This document shows positions 22,781-36,778 of a stretch of 64,000 nucleotides of DNA, in pieces. Both the position numbers and the translations under genes were made by a program. This DNA comes from Octopus sinensis (lineage: Eukaryota). Within the stretch, counting starts at the first letter, position 1. Every line of letters starts with the position of its first letter. The DNA lies in NCBI RefSeq assembly GCF_006345805.1, contig NC_043021.1:1984001-2048000 (forward strand), read 5' to 3'. The notes below the pieces were generated by a model that was not told the DNA's origin, did no database searches, and saw nothing but the letters and a program-made list of their open reading frames with translations.

Positions 22781-24130
22781 TATCTAATACATGGATGGGG
22801 GAAAAATATGTATATACTACATTAAAAAAAAAAAAGAATTACATTGTGGTGGTTTATTTGTTGGGGAGGCGAATAAATGTAGAATAGATTTGGAAAGGAA
22901 AAGTCTTTTTTAAGATGTCTTCCCCCCCCCTCTCTTTATATCCATCACCGTTTTGTCGTTTGTCGGTTATTTCCATATATATATATCAGCTACATCGTAT
23001 ATATACGTCTCCATCTCTTCTATATCTATGTATTTATGTATATATACACCCTATACACCGTCGTGTGTGTGTATAAAGGATATAAGTAGCGGCGATGGGG
23101 CGAAAATACTTTTTTTTTTTTCAGTGTGGAGGGGGGGGAAAGTCTTTTTAAGATGTCTTCTCTCTCCCCCCCTTTTTTTTTTAATATCCATCGCCGTTTT
23201 GTCGGTTATATATATATATATATAATATATAGTATATATGTATATCCATATTTTATTTGTGTAATGAGCCCCGTTTATGCTTTATTAAGTGTCTTGTAAT
23301 GATGTATAATAAATGTCTAAGCGAAACGAGCGTGTAAGGAAGGCGGCCAAAGGAGAGGAAATCTGCCTCACCTCCCCAGAGCCGCGGCAGTTTCACTGTC
23401 ATTCTTAACAGTTGTACAAAAATTGATGAATGTGTGCCGCCGGCGGCAGATACCGCCTCTCAAACACACATTTATATAATATCCACATACCGATATATCA
23501 ATCTATAGAGAGAGAAAGAGAGTATAAAAGGTATAACTTTATATATAGATAGATATATATTATATATAGAGGTATGTGTTCTCGTTATTTTTTAAAGTTC
23601 CTTTAAATTATTTAAGTTTTATTTCATACATGAAAAAACAAAGAAGCAAGTGCTTTAGACATCTTTTGTATTTTATTTTAAAAAGTCTGTTTTATAAATT
23701 TTAAATCTCTTATAGTACGTTGCCCTCTGCTAAATAATGTCTTTCCACCCACATTTATGTGTCTATCTATCTATCTATCTATCTATAATTATCTATCTAT
23801 CTATCTATCTTCACAAACACAGATATATACGTTTCACTGTGTGTTATATGTAATCGTCTTGTTCTATACATATGTCGGTCTTACCCGGCTGCTTAAAAAT
23901 TTAGATATGGAGCTATATTGTAAATGTTACGTATATATCTCCACACACGTATGTATAATCTTTATGTGGAGGTGTATTATGCTTTTAAAATATCTATTTA
24001 GATGGTTTATGTGGTAATTCCTGTGTATAGGTAGATGTAGGTTGGTATGAATAAATGTACATGTGTGTAGGTTATATATTTAAAAAAAAACCTACATTAC
24101 AATGTATTCTATACACGTGTGTGTGTATAA

Positions 24131-24173
<43 letters not shown>

Positions 24174-24343
24174 CGCACACACAACTTTTTTTTAGTCCGG
24201 CTACTAAAATAATGATTCAGGTTTTACGAAGCGATATTCTCGTGTTAGCTTCTGACATCCATTTATTACTTCATTATTCCAAGTTATCTGTACATGTTCC
24301 TGTACGTTCTATATAATATAATGCTATATCTCTCTCTCTATCT

Positions 24344-24386
<43 letters not shown>

Positions 24387-24521
24387 ATATATATGCCGGC
24401 TATTGTATTTGCTAACAGGCATATTGTGTGTCTTTGATGTGATCTCTATGCGTCTCATGTGCCATGTTAAACCAAACAGAAATATATGAAGAGGCTGTGG
24501 ACTGAGGGAGGAAATGTGTAT

Positions 24522-24580
<59 letters not shown>

Positions 24581-24899
24581 ATATTGAGTATTTTTTGACT
24601 CTGTGTAAGAAAGATACCCTTTTATACTTGCCGGCAATTGCTCAACATTCGATAGACATTCTCATATATTTATTCTTTCTAATGGACGTTGTGTATTTGA
24701 TATGAAGAGGTGTATATAAAATTTAATCTTGTTGTAGGGTGTATATTCTATAAATTTCCCCCCCATCTGTTCGATGTTTTGTGGTGTTGCGTGTATAGTG
24801 AGAGAAACAGCTTGCTAGGCTTGGCTAAAAGGAATAGTTTTCTGCTTAAATATGATTATGCTATCTGGAATATGTTCCCCTCTGTGTGTGTGTGTGTGT

Positions 24900-25300
24900 G
24901 ACTATGGTATGTTGTGCATGATGATATGGAATGTGTGTGTATGACTATATAGAATGTCTCAGTTGCTGGGATGTGTCTGTGATTATATGGAACGTGTGTA
25001 TGACTGTATGGAAAATGTTCCTCTATGTTTGGCTGTATGGAATGTGTGTGACGATACGAAATGTATGCATGTCTCTGACTGTATGGAATATGTGATTTCG
25101 GATTGTATGGAGTATGCGACTGAAATATAATGGGTATATATCTATATGGAATATGTTAGTACTTAACTATATTCCCGTGTGCTTGTATATATAACTGTAT
25201 TGAGCCTCTCTGAGTAATATATGTATGTATACATAATACTTCAACTATGTTAAGTGAATGTGGGAAAGGAGATGCTCAATATTTGTGTAACTGCTGAGTA

Positions 25301-25339
<39 letters not shown>

Positions 25340-25450
25340 AGCTCGCTCTGCTGAGCAGTGTGTGTGTGTGTGTGTGCGCCGATCTGCTGAGTATGCAGTG
25401 TGTGCCACTGCTGTATATGCAGTGTATGTTTGTCGCTCTGCTCAGTGAAC
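24900..25450. repeat. Degenerate short-period repeats (GACTGTATGGAATATGTG-like, then CTGCTGAGTATGCAG(TG)n)
   Basis: Recurrent motif variants read directly from the sequence. Confidence 0.6.
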
Positions 25451-25960
25451 GTGCAACACCGTTGACCACACTTCAAAGTGTTACTCTGCTGCACATGTAT
25501 TATGGGCATCACTCAGTCTGAGCATCTCTGAATCCGTGCGTCTGTCGTTCTATTGACTGTGTACGCGTTTCTCTGAGTGTATGTTATGTGTAAATTACAC
25601 TCACATAATGTATATGTGTAATACACACACACAGTGCCGTTTTATATATATATTGTAATCTATGCTGAGTGTATATATATGTATATATATATATATATAT
25701 ATATTTTATCCCAGAGGTGTATAGTTTGTAAAATATAAATATTTGTTAATTTTATCCGCTCATATTTAAAAAAAAAAAATGATTTAATGAAACGTTTCGC
25801 CGGGGTTTCATCCTGGAAACAGATCGTTCTGTTTTTGTGTCTCGGTTTGTGGTGCATGCTGAGCTCTGTGACGTTGCAAACCTTTTCTTCATTCTACCGA
25901 CCGGCTTTTCTCATCTTGTGTGTCTATGTGTATCGTACTTTTTCTTACCTACACACACAC

Positions 25961-25999
<39 letters not shown>

Positions 26000-26104
26000 T
26001 ATATATATATATGTGCTAATATATATATAGCGAGGCGATACTATGTGAAGATATATTATATAATCCTGTATCTGTAATATGTCAGTGTCGCTCTTCTACC
26101 TCTT

Positions 26105-26120
26105 ACCATGACGTCATGGT
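26105..26120. promoter_or_regulatory. Perfect CRE (CREB/ATF site) within a 16-bp palindrome
   Basis: ACCATGACGTCATGGT, with TGACGTCA at 26109-26116, in the CpG-retaining part of UBE2D intron 1. Confidence 0.45.
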
Positions 26121-26295
26121 CCCAGTTATTTTGTTTCTCTATAATCTCTCTAATCTCTTTCTGATAATTCTTCGTCGCTAAAACCAACCCCAAAGTATCA
26201 TCGCCTAGTTTTTTTTTCTTTCTCCCTCCCTCCCTCCCTCTGTGTATAAAACCCGTTTCCCCCCCCCCTCCACTCTCGTTCTTTCTCTGTATGTA

Positions 26296-26342
<47 letters not shown>

Positions 26343-28756
26343 CTATGTATGTGTATCGTGTCCCCATACACAAACACTCGCACCTATTTATATATCTATC
26401 TATCATCTATCCTGTCTCTATTTAAGTTTATCGATCTGCAATCCTCTCCGCGGACAGTCACCAGCGTCTCCTCTCCTTCCACCACCACCACCTCCTCCTC
26501 CTCCTCATTCACCATTTCGCTTCACATCTCTTCCTCCTCCTCCTCCTCCTCCTCACCCCGATTCTTATACACCTCAGTTCTTGGAGATCTGCCCTTCCTC
26601 TCACTTCCTCTCTCAGCCTCCCCTTTTCTCTCTCTCTCTCTCTCTCGACATTGCTACACTGATAGCACGTTTTCCTCTTCTATTGATGTGTAATGGATGT
26701 TTCTCCAACACCATTATCATTCGTTCGTCCTAATAAATATATATACATATATATATATGTATGTATATATATCTTTAGCTTTCCGACATGTGTGTACACA
26801 TACACACAAATCGTTTTCCCCAACTGCTTTATGCACCACCGCCACCGTGGTAGGAGGAGGAGGAGGAGGAAGGCAATGGTGGTGGTGGTGGTGGTGGTGA
26901 TAATCATAACGGTGGTAGGAGGGCGACGATGACGGTGGTATGGAGGAGGAGCGGCAGGAGTAGGAAAAGATGTCGATTTGTGTTTTACTGCAGATACACC
27001 ACCATTATTATTATTATTATTATTATTGCAGGTGAACCTTGTTGGCTGAGACATGTTAGTTTTCACTCGTACACCTTGAGTACCGGCAGGCTTTTATCCG
27101 TTCACATTTGATCTATCTATCTATGTATTCCCTCAATCGTAGTTGTAGGACTACGGCCATCCTGGGGCGTCGCCTTGAAGGGTTTAGTCAATCAAATTGA
27201 CCCCCATTACTCTTTTTTTTTAAAGCCTGTCGTTTGTTCTTTCATTCTCTTTTTGCCGAACCGCTAATTTATGGGACGTAAACAAATCAACACCGGTTGT
27301 CCAGTGGTGGTGGTGGACAGACAAATCTATACATCGTATATGTACACACACAAAGATGGGCTCCTCTAAATTTACCGAAGACACTTGCCCAAGGTGCCGC
27401 GCGATGGGGGTGATGGGGGTGGCTACAGTCATAGTTTCTCATTTAAATCAAGAGAAGGGAATTGGGGTTTAACATTTTACACGGTTCTTGTGTTAACTCG
27501 GTTTGGTTCAACCTTTTATTGACCCACATCCATGATCAAAGCCGTTCCAACTAAAAGCATCCGGCCGTCTCAGTTGAGGATCTAATGTTGCCTTTTTTTT
27601 TTAACATTCCAGTATGTTTTGGGGGAAAATTTGGTTATTCCTAACTGGTCGAGCGACTTGCATGAATAGAAACTCTTTGTTCAGTCGTGTGTGTGTGTGT
27701 GTATAATTACACACACACACACACACACACTGTGGTTTTGTCTCATGTCAGGCTTCATAGAGTAGATGATCTATGATCAACGATATCTCATTGCGATCCT
27801 TCGATATTGATGTAGTGTGTCATCATCCACCCATTTCTTTATGTCAAGAGGGGAAGGTTGTGTGAGTGAATGGCGTCGTATATCAATACCGAAGGATTGC
27901 CTGTCTCAGTCCATATTGGACCATCTCGTGTATTCTTTAAACACTTGTGTACAATTATGAAAAATGTTGTAACCATTATATGATAAGCATTATTTGGCCA
28001 ATTCCAAGCACATGGAACTGCGACGTAAAGGTTTTTTTTTTTTTACACCGTTTAGAGTTTAGTTGTTGGGCATACCTATGGACTTAGTCGTTCTAGTTGT
28101 GGCCATCTCGTATTTTTATGTACCTAGGACTGCATTGTCATATCTAAATCTTTTAAGATTGTGGGTGCTAAACACGAATCTACACGCTGGCCTACAACGT
28201 ATGCACGCGTGTAGTGCTTGTGTATATATAATGTGGTGTACACACAGAGCTATTGTTTATTATTTTATCCAGATATGTTTAAATGCTTGGATAATGATGT
28301 TTTCACAGTTACTGTTTTTTAATATTAAATCTCAAACTACACACATGCCCATCTCCACGGAGTCGCTCCTAGAAGTTGCAACGAAATTTATCAAATCACA
28401 CCCTACTTTCTTTTAATAAGGAAAATCCCAATTCCTGAAGTCCTCCACGCCCCGAAAAATACCGGATGTTAGCGACTGGATCTTAGCTTGGTTCCTGTCG
28501 TCCTACATGATCTGAGTTGGACTAAGCAACGAGATTTCATTTTAACTCGATCAAACTACAGAGTTATTGTTTAGCCCCGATGGATCATACCTGTGATCAA
28601 AGGCGTCCCAGTGACCATCCTGTCTCATTGTTTGACGTGTCCTTTTATTAAACTCTGTGTGTGTGTGTAGCTATATACTCCAATTGGTTTATGATAGAAG
28701 GCGTGTCTGCCGTGATCATCCCCTCTTTTCTGATTATGTATTTCAGTCTAACATTC

Positions 28757-28788
<32 letters not shown>

Positions 28789-31700
28789 CCTTCAGTTACA
28801 GTCATCGGTTCGTACATCATGAGGTTCCTACATAAGAGAAATAGGAGTGTGGTAGAAAGAAGAAACAAACGAACGGACGACTTCACCGTGAGAGTATTTT
28901 TTGAGCGAGTGCTTCTTATACACACCAGTTTTAGTTAGTGTTCTGGTGTGAATGGCATTTCTAGATTTCCTTACATAACTACACGAACAAGTGGTGAGGA
29001 TGGGTCCCGGTTTGTGCTCTCTTCCCATACTGGAATTGGCTTCCATTCTCTCTCTCTCTCTGCTGCTAACATTTAACGATTCGAAGTGGGTAGTGGAAAT
29101 CGAGGCGGTGAAGGTAGTTGGGAGCGGTATTCCAGATAAATAGATGATTAGGAAAGAAAAGCTGTAATTAATAATTTTTTTTGTTTTTGTTTCCACCTTG
29201 AAAAGAATTATAAGCATGTTAATTTTTTTTTTTTTTGGGTTAGCTTTTATCTGTGTCCGATCGATTCATTATCAGCTGATTGCGTGTGTGTAAGTAATAT
29301 ATGTTACACACTAAACAATTTATTATTATTATTATTATTTTATACCTGAAATGTTATACTTCTCTTTTAATCTGTTTTATTTATATATCATTTTTTGAAA
29401 TAGTTTCTAAACCGAAATGGATGTTTGTGTCTTTCTCCCAGAGAAATACTGAAATACAGAAAGGAGAGAGAGTGAGAATCTAATTTAAATATAAAAAATA
29501 TAGGAGATAGTTTAATTCTTTACTTCGGTATAATTATAAGCTGGTTTAATATCCTGAAGCTAAAGGTGTTGGTAGATGTTTCTATATATTAAATAAGAGT
29601 GTCTGATGAAAAGAGAAGGCTGGTGGTGGTTGCTAGGATTCAGTGTTTGTAAGTTTCAATGTTTGTGACTTTGGACGAAGCTTTTTTATTCGGTTAGTCT
29701 GTTGTAACATTGTTATACATATGTCGCATAGTTTTCGGTTCCGGTCTACAAGCCAACGGCCCCGATCGAGCGTATTTGTGGTCTGAAATATTTACCAGGC
29801 GTGACCATCTTGTTTTATGATTTCGTTAGTAATTTATTATTATTATTATAGTAACTGGGGCTATTTTATTGTCTAGTGTGGTTTTGGTTGTTTTTTTTTA
29901 ATGATGTGATTTATAAGATTTGGCTGCTATTTCTTCCTGTTCAGTAAACGTAATAAGCTCCCACGTTTGCTCGTCGGTTGCCGCATAAGTTGAAAAGCAG
30001 TTGAAGTCGACTCGTTTTCCTTTCTTTATAAATGCGCAAACAATTCAGAATCTACACTCTTTTCAATCGTGACAATTTTATTAGGCCTTCCCCCCATTTA
30101 AAGGCGCTTGTATGATTTAATGGAAATTTGGCTGCTATTTCTAACCGCTCGCACAACCATATCTTTCTCGTGAGCTTGTTTGTCTTCGTTATACGTTTTT
30201 TTATTTTTTATCATGTTCGCCATTTGATCACAACCTTGAAAGGTTTAGACCTTTTAAAGTCTGGTCACATTATTCTGTGAGTCTCTTTTGCCGAACCGCT
30301 AAGTTACAAGTACAACACACACACACACTCTCTCCCTCTCCCTCTCCCTCTCGACGGGCTACTCTGTTCCTGTCTTCTAAATCCGTTCAAAGCTTTGACC
30401 AACTCGGAGCTATAGTAGCAGGTAATTGTCCAAAGCGCCATGCAGTGGGATTGAACCTGAAACCATGTGGTAGGGAGGCAAACTTAGCACACATTCCCGC
30501 CTGCGCCTTGTTGTTGGTTTTTTTATAACGAAATAAAACTTTAAACCTGGTGGAAAAGTCTCTGAAGTTCCCAGTGGTTGGCTCCGTCCCTGCCAAGTAT
30601 TGTATTGATTGCTATTATTAATATACTATTGGTAATGCTTAGATTCATCAATTGCCTGCTTCGGCTTTTCTCTCCACATAGCAATTGTCAGTTTAGAAAA
30701 ACATTGCTTTAAAGCTAATTGAAATAATACTTTCCACTTCCTCTTTCCTTCTTCCCATCCATTTGCATCACGAAAGGTTAAATTTCGCTTTGTACAGAAA
30801 CGTATTGGGGAATAACCGTATATTGTGGTTTTATACAGACAGCATGTATATAATACATATATATATATATGTGTGTGTAATGTGTATGATATGGTTGTCT
30901 GGATTTCTCAATAGGTACAAAAGGTGTGAATTAAATAAAGCAAGACCGGTATGTTCTGTTAAGTTCATTGAAGCAATACTTGGCTATTGAAGCGGGGGAG
31001 GGGTCTCTATATCTCACTGTATACATGATCGTTCGACCTGTCAGAAACAACAGCCAAAGCCGAATTAGGTTTAAGCTTGAAAAACAATCAATCGATGTAA
31101 GCGATACATAATGTCTAGATTGGTGTTGTTGGGTTGAAAGACCAATGGCTTGTTCTTGATGGGCCAGAGCTGCAAATCTGGGGGAAATTATTAAGATGGT
31201 ATGGTCGGGCACCTTAAAGTTTGATGTAGAAATAGTTCTGAGAAAACTTTTTCTTTTTTATCTTTCGATACTTGCAAAGAGCATTTAAATACTTTCATTT
31301 TAGGGAATTTGGCGGGCTTGGAATTTTAATGCCCTTCCCTCTCTCTTCAAAAACCTCACTAAGGTTATCCAAGAAAACTGACCGGGATAGTTTTTTTTTT
31401 TTAGTAATCCAGCGAACCATTCTGATATATAACATGTAAAAATATGACTAAGAAGATTGTGTTTTAAGCTATTTTGGTGTTACTGTAAAAGAAATTGAAA
31501 ACAAAAAACAAAACCTCCCCCTCCACTTTTGTTACGTATCTTGGGCGGTTCAATGAACTTTGTTTTGCAGTATAGATCACCTTGTTGCTTTGGTTTTCCA
31601 CACCTGTCTGACTGAGCTCTTATTATTCGTTGTTTTAAAATAGCCTTTTAAGTTACATCTTAAATATGTTTTACAAATGAATCTGTATCTAATGAACAAT

Positions 31701-33511
31701 ATATACGTGTGTGGTTGGTTGTGTGTGTGTGTGATTTTTAAAAACGTTTAAGCTATGTAGTTTCGAAGTTTGTCAATGTTCTTGATAAAAAAAAAAAAAA
31801 ACTACCTGGAATTCAGCCAGTTTGTTTGTAGTGCAGTAATCGCCCACCAGCTTCTCGTGTCTTTTGTTCTGTTAAGTATCCAGTAGTTTACGGACATTTT
31901 TCGTTCGTCTACCAGTTTGGTGTTTGGAGGCATTTATTTAGAGAGCTTTCTTAATGATTTTAATCAGCTTCTATTTATAGGCAGGACTAAACTAGAAGAA
32001 AGTGAAATAAATGACAATTGCTCTCTTTTGGTCAAAGAATCAGTTCTGTTTCCAGAACTTTCACCTACCTGCCCCCCTCCCCTCTCTCCTGTGTTAGGAG
32101 TGTTCTGTTTAAAGTTATATTTGCAGTTTATACTGCATTAGACACCAGTATCTTGTTTATTGATTTCCATGTTTTCTTTTGTATTTTTTTGTTGTTGCTG
32201 CTACCACCCTGGGTTGGATGATTGAGCCAATTTTTGCCAAGTCTGACTTGCAGGTATTTTACAACTGGATGCACTTACAACACCACCTCTACTCAACCTT
32301 GAACTGAATGCTTTCCTCATTATCTCTGCTGGGTTGTTTGTCCAGCTGTCAAGATTTAAATGGTGCTTTGGGTCAGCAGTCATAATTGTGCTGACTCATT
32401 TCTTGTGAATTGCCATCTTACCTAAACTGGCACTGGGTAATTTGGTTGACCAGTTCTTGGCTTCACAGTTTCAAAAGACCCTAAACCTCTTTTGATATCA
32501 GGGCCAGATCCAAAATCTGGATTTTTTTTAGGGGGCTGCACCAAAACAAAAGTAAAACACAAGTCAAAGAAAAATTTATAGAGAAAAAATTGTTGAGGGA
32601 CTACAAGAAGGATGCTTGAGGGCTCCCTGTGGCTCTGAGATCCACAGTTGAGAACAGCTGCCCCAAAGTCTACCAATGGCCTCTGGTCATTCAACCTGCT
32701 GGAAATAGCAGTCAAGTCACACTTCTCTCAAATAAGAAGACCTATTAAATATGTAGGCCTATTTATGCCCCCCCCCCTAAAGATTAAAGACAAGATGGTC
32801 AGGATTGCAATATCTTAATTTATAGTTGTGCTCAGTCAACCCAGATCTAAACAATATAGTTGCAGGCACTGGAGGGGGATTTGTCTTTACAGAAATCTGA
32901 TTGTCCCAGGAGGTTCGAAAAACAATTATGATTAATTAGGGAATTTGAAAGATATTTTTATTGCTTTGGTTTTCCTACAATGGAAGTTAGGGGTAGATAG
33001 GGCAGTTTGCTCAATTTATTTCCTAATTTGTAAAGTTAAAGTTGATCTTGGTTACTGATATAGTTTCCATATTAATTTTGAATCTACACTCGCAGAGTGG
33101 TTGGCGTTAGGAAGGGCATCCAGCTGTAGAAACACTGCCAGATCAGACTGGAGCCTGGTGCAGCCCCTGGCTTCCCAGACCCTGGTCGAACCGTCCAACC
33201 CATGCTAGTGTGGAAAACGGACGTTAAACGATGATGATGATAATAAATGTCTTTTGAGAAGCCTTTTGACCTTTCAATCGTATCAGTATGTTGGGGCTTA
33301 TGTAAGTATATCTGATATATGTAACTGAAATACTGTCAGCTTTTCCTTTCATCAAATATTGCACTCTTAGAAATAACATAAACCCTGCCACCTTAATTTA
33401 AGGGCACACTGGACAGTCATCGTCATCATTCAACTTTTATTTTCCCATTGCCGGTTTGGATTAGACAGTTCTGACAATTTAGTTATATATAGAAAACAGT
33501 AGGATTATGTA

Positions 33512-33714
33512 TAAGAGAGTGCTGAAGAGTTCCTGACTTTAAGGGTATTGCGAAAGGCCTGGCTGGAGGCTCAACTTTCCAAGTTTTTTTTACAGGGTTT
33601 TGAAAAACTGAAGGACCACTGTGTGAATCTGTGATGTTGAATAAAATCCTAATTAACTGATTTTTCTGTATTTTCTTTTACCCAAAGCCAAGAACTTCTC
33701 AGTACGCCTTAGTA
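33512..33714. mobile_element. Mariner-type MITE (degenerate)
   Basis: Ends GCTGAAGAGTTCCTGACTT / AAGCCAAGAACTTCTCAGTAC; same family as 63423-63599. Confidence 0.6.
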
Positions 33715-36596
33715 TTTATATGTGAGGATTGTTTCTTTTTGCCAAACTTTTAATGGGGATGTAAGAAAACCAACACCGGTCCTCAAGTGGTGAGACACAC
33801 ACAGCTGTGTGGTTAAAAAGTTTGCTTTTCAACTGTATAGCTTTGGGTTCAGCCTTGCTGCATGGCACCTTGGACAAGTGCTTCCCATAGCTCTGGGCAA
33901 TATCTCTTGTGAGTGAATTTGGTTAAATGAAACAAAGAAGTTTGCCGTGTATGTGTGTACATATGTATATACATTTGTCTGTAAATATTTACAAAACTAC
34001 AAAGCTATGGATGTTGATCTCATTGGTTGCAATTGGTTGTTGACAAATTATCTGCTAGCTCTGTGGTTTTGAATGCTTTTGAAATGTTTTACTTGAAAAA
34101 AAGGTTAGAGTTGACAAAAAGTGCATTTGGCAGTAAAAATCCTGCTTACAGATTCCTCCCATCTAAGCCAAAATAGCCTGGAAAGAAAGTCAACGTTAAA
34201 TGATGAACTAGATTTTAAATGAAATCAATGATATATGGCAGGCTTCTGCAAAGTTTCCATCTACCAGCTTCACTCACAAGGCATTGGTCCTCCTGGGTCT
34301 GTTGTAGAAGACGCCCCAGGGTGTTGCACAGTGGGATTGAACCTAAAACCATGTAGTTGCTAAGTGAGCTTCTTTAACCTATGAGGACTTGAACCAGTTG
34401 TATCCAACCAAAATATTGTGTTTTATGTTCAAACGGGCCAGATCTGACCTCTCGTACTTCCCCTACAATGTCATTCTACAAATAGTCACATCATTGAAAT
34501 CTCAAAGGTGTGAGACAAAGGAAATAAGCATTGCATTTGACAGTAATCTGCATGCTAAAGGGTTAATACATGGTCACACCTGTGCCTTATATCGTGCCAG
34601 TGGCATGTAAAAAGCTCCATCCGATCGTGATTGATGCCTGGCACCTGTGCCGGTGGCATGTAAAACAGCACCCACTACACTCTTGGAGTGGTTGGCATTA
34701 GGAAGGGCATCCACCTGTAGAAACATTGCCAGATCAGACTAGAGCCTGGGGCATCCTTCTGGCTTCCCAGACTCAGTCGAACCATCCAGCCCATGCCAGC
34801 ATGGAAAACGGACATTAAACAATGGTGATGATGAATATTGATACCTGTAGATTCACATATATGTACATGCATATATATTAATGTTAAACCCCTCTTCCCA
34901 TGGGAGTGATTTTGTGAGAGATTTGGCTATTTGTAGTAGGTCAAGTGACCATGTAAGTGCTTTTCTTTGCCGGTCTTGTAAAAGTATCTAATCTCTTAAC
35001 ACTAACACTATCAAGTGAGTGAAGAATGAATGTAGATTACTGATTGAATTATGTAGCTTATTCTACCATTCTTGATAATACATGCATCACTTGAATTGCA
35101 TAACTGTGGTTTATCTTCTGCTGCTGCTTGTTTTAATCTGGATATAAAACTATTTGCACAATGCAGTGTCTGGTGAGTGTGGTACAGCATCTTGGCAATA
35201 AGTAGTTTGGCCACTAAAGCATTCCAGTAAAGGAGTCTCTTAGTTGCTCAGCCCAAATGAAAGAGCAACCAGTCTGACCTCTTAAAGGAATAATTAATCT
35301 TTGTGCTAGAAATAGCCGAATTTCCCACAACTTGCATCGTATTGTGTTTACGAGGAAAGATCCCACCTCCTTCTAGATACACTGTCAGGGAATGCAAAAG
35401 ACAGGATGGTCATGGCTGGAACGATTTTGATTACATTGTGTGTGTGTGTGACAAAGGGTTCACTTAGAACATAGCAATTACAAACCTTTGGTCGTCTCGT
35501 TTCATAATGGTGTTTGTATATAATTAGGTGATAAAATCCTTTTGGATCCATTTCTCTGTCTGACAGAGTTAATAACTTGCTCTAGGTTTTTAATGACTTG
35601 AACAGAACTGCCATGGGGTGAGGGGCAGTTGTTTAACTTCAGTTCAACCCTTGACCTATGACCAAAAGCCAATCTAATCTCTTCTACATTCTCATGTTAT
35701 CTAAGATGACCTTGTGTCTTCTGTAAGATAATTACGTCTGAGTTGGCTGTTTTTCTCGCAGATCATGTCACCATGTGGAGAGTCTGTGAAGGTTAAACAG
35801 ACCCCGTGTATTAAAGCATTTCTCCTTCCTGATCTAAAAAGACCTATGATGTATATTCTGTTTAATGTGTTCGTCCTTGCAGTTTCTGTTTCCCGACAAC
35901 AATTAGCAGAGTATGGCATTCATTAACTGATAAATCATCTACCGAATGGTTTCATTAAAAAAATTGGTTTTTAATTTCACATTTTGATTGTTAAAGCTGG
36001 TTTCCACTTTAAAATAAAGATGTTCCATTTAAGGGCCTTTAAAGTTAGTATAAATGTATTTCAGCTAATGTGTAAAACCAGAAAGGTAACATGTTTGATT
36101 TGAAAAAAAAAAAAATGTCCTGTTCATTGTTATCAATAAACTTTGATTTATTTTAACCTCTGATCAATCTTGATTGAGCAGAACTATGTGTTCTGACTCT
36201 GACCATATAATCTTTATTCTCCCCGAATCGTTGTAGCTAGGGTCCTATTTATCTTGTTCTTCTTTTTTAAGATGTTTTGAAGGGAGCAGGTCTGCTATTT
36301 CTAGAATCTTCCTCATTGGTTCATCTGTGAACTTTGTACAAGCATCTGCTGCTCTGATTCCAAACACTGTCAAATGAAATAGAAACTTATGATAGTATCT
36401 GATTAACGAAGGCCAACATAATTATAATCTTCTGTAAACCAAGAGTATGGTAAGAAGTGTGCTCAAAAATAAGTTCTGAATTGTACATGTAAAATCATAG
36501 GGCCATGGGTGTGGTTTGAAATAGCTGTAACTGTTATGTCTAGCATTTTGATTTGCTGCTAGATATAGTTCTTTGGTTGGCTATTAAATCAAGCTC

Positions 36597-36778
36597 TAAC
36601 CCTTTAGCATTCACATTATTCTATCAAATGTAATGCTTTGCTTTGAGATTTCAATGATGCGATTGGTTATTTTTAGACTGACATTGTAGGGTATGCATAA
36701 AAGGCCAGATCTGGCCAATTTGAACATAAAACAAGTCGAGTATTTTGGTTGGATATGGCTAGTTTAAGTGCTAAAGAG
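36597..36778 (+). mobile_element. piggyBac-type MITE family (TTAA|CCCTTTAGCATT...AATGCTAAAGGG|TTAA)
   Basis: CCC/GGG termini abutting TTAA. Copies lie at about 34392-34566, 37063-37260, 38794-38978, 38975-39202, 40425-40637 and 56246-56455. Confidence 0.7.

Noticed and set aside
653-27111. Dozens of ORFs rich in YI, CV, HT or poly-P/poly-V runs
   Set aside because: They are translations of (TA)n, (TG)n, (CCT)n and (GGT)n microsatellites, with no protein similarity.
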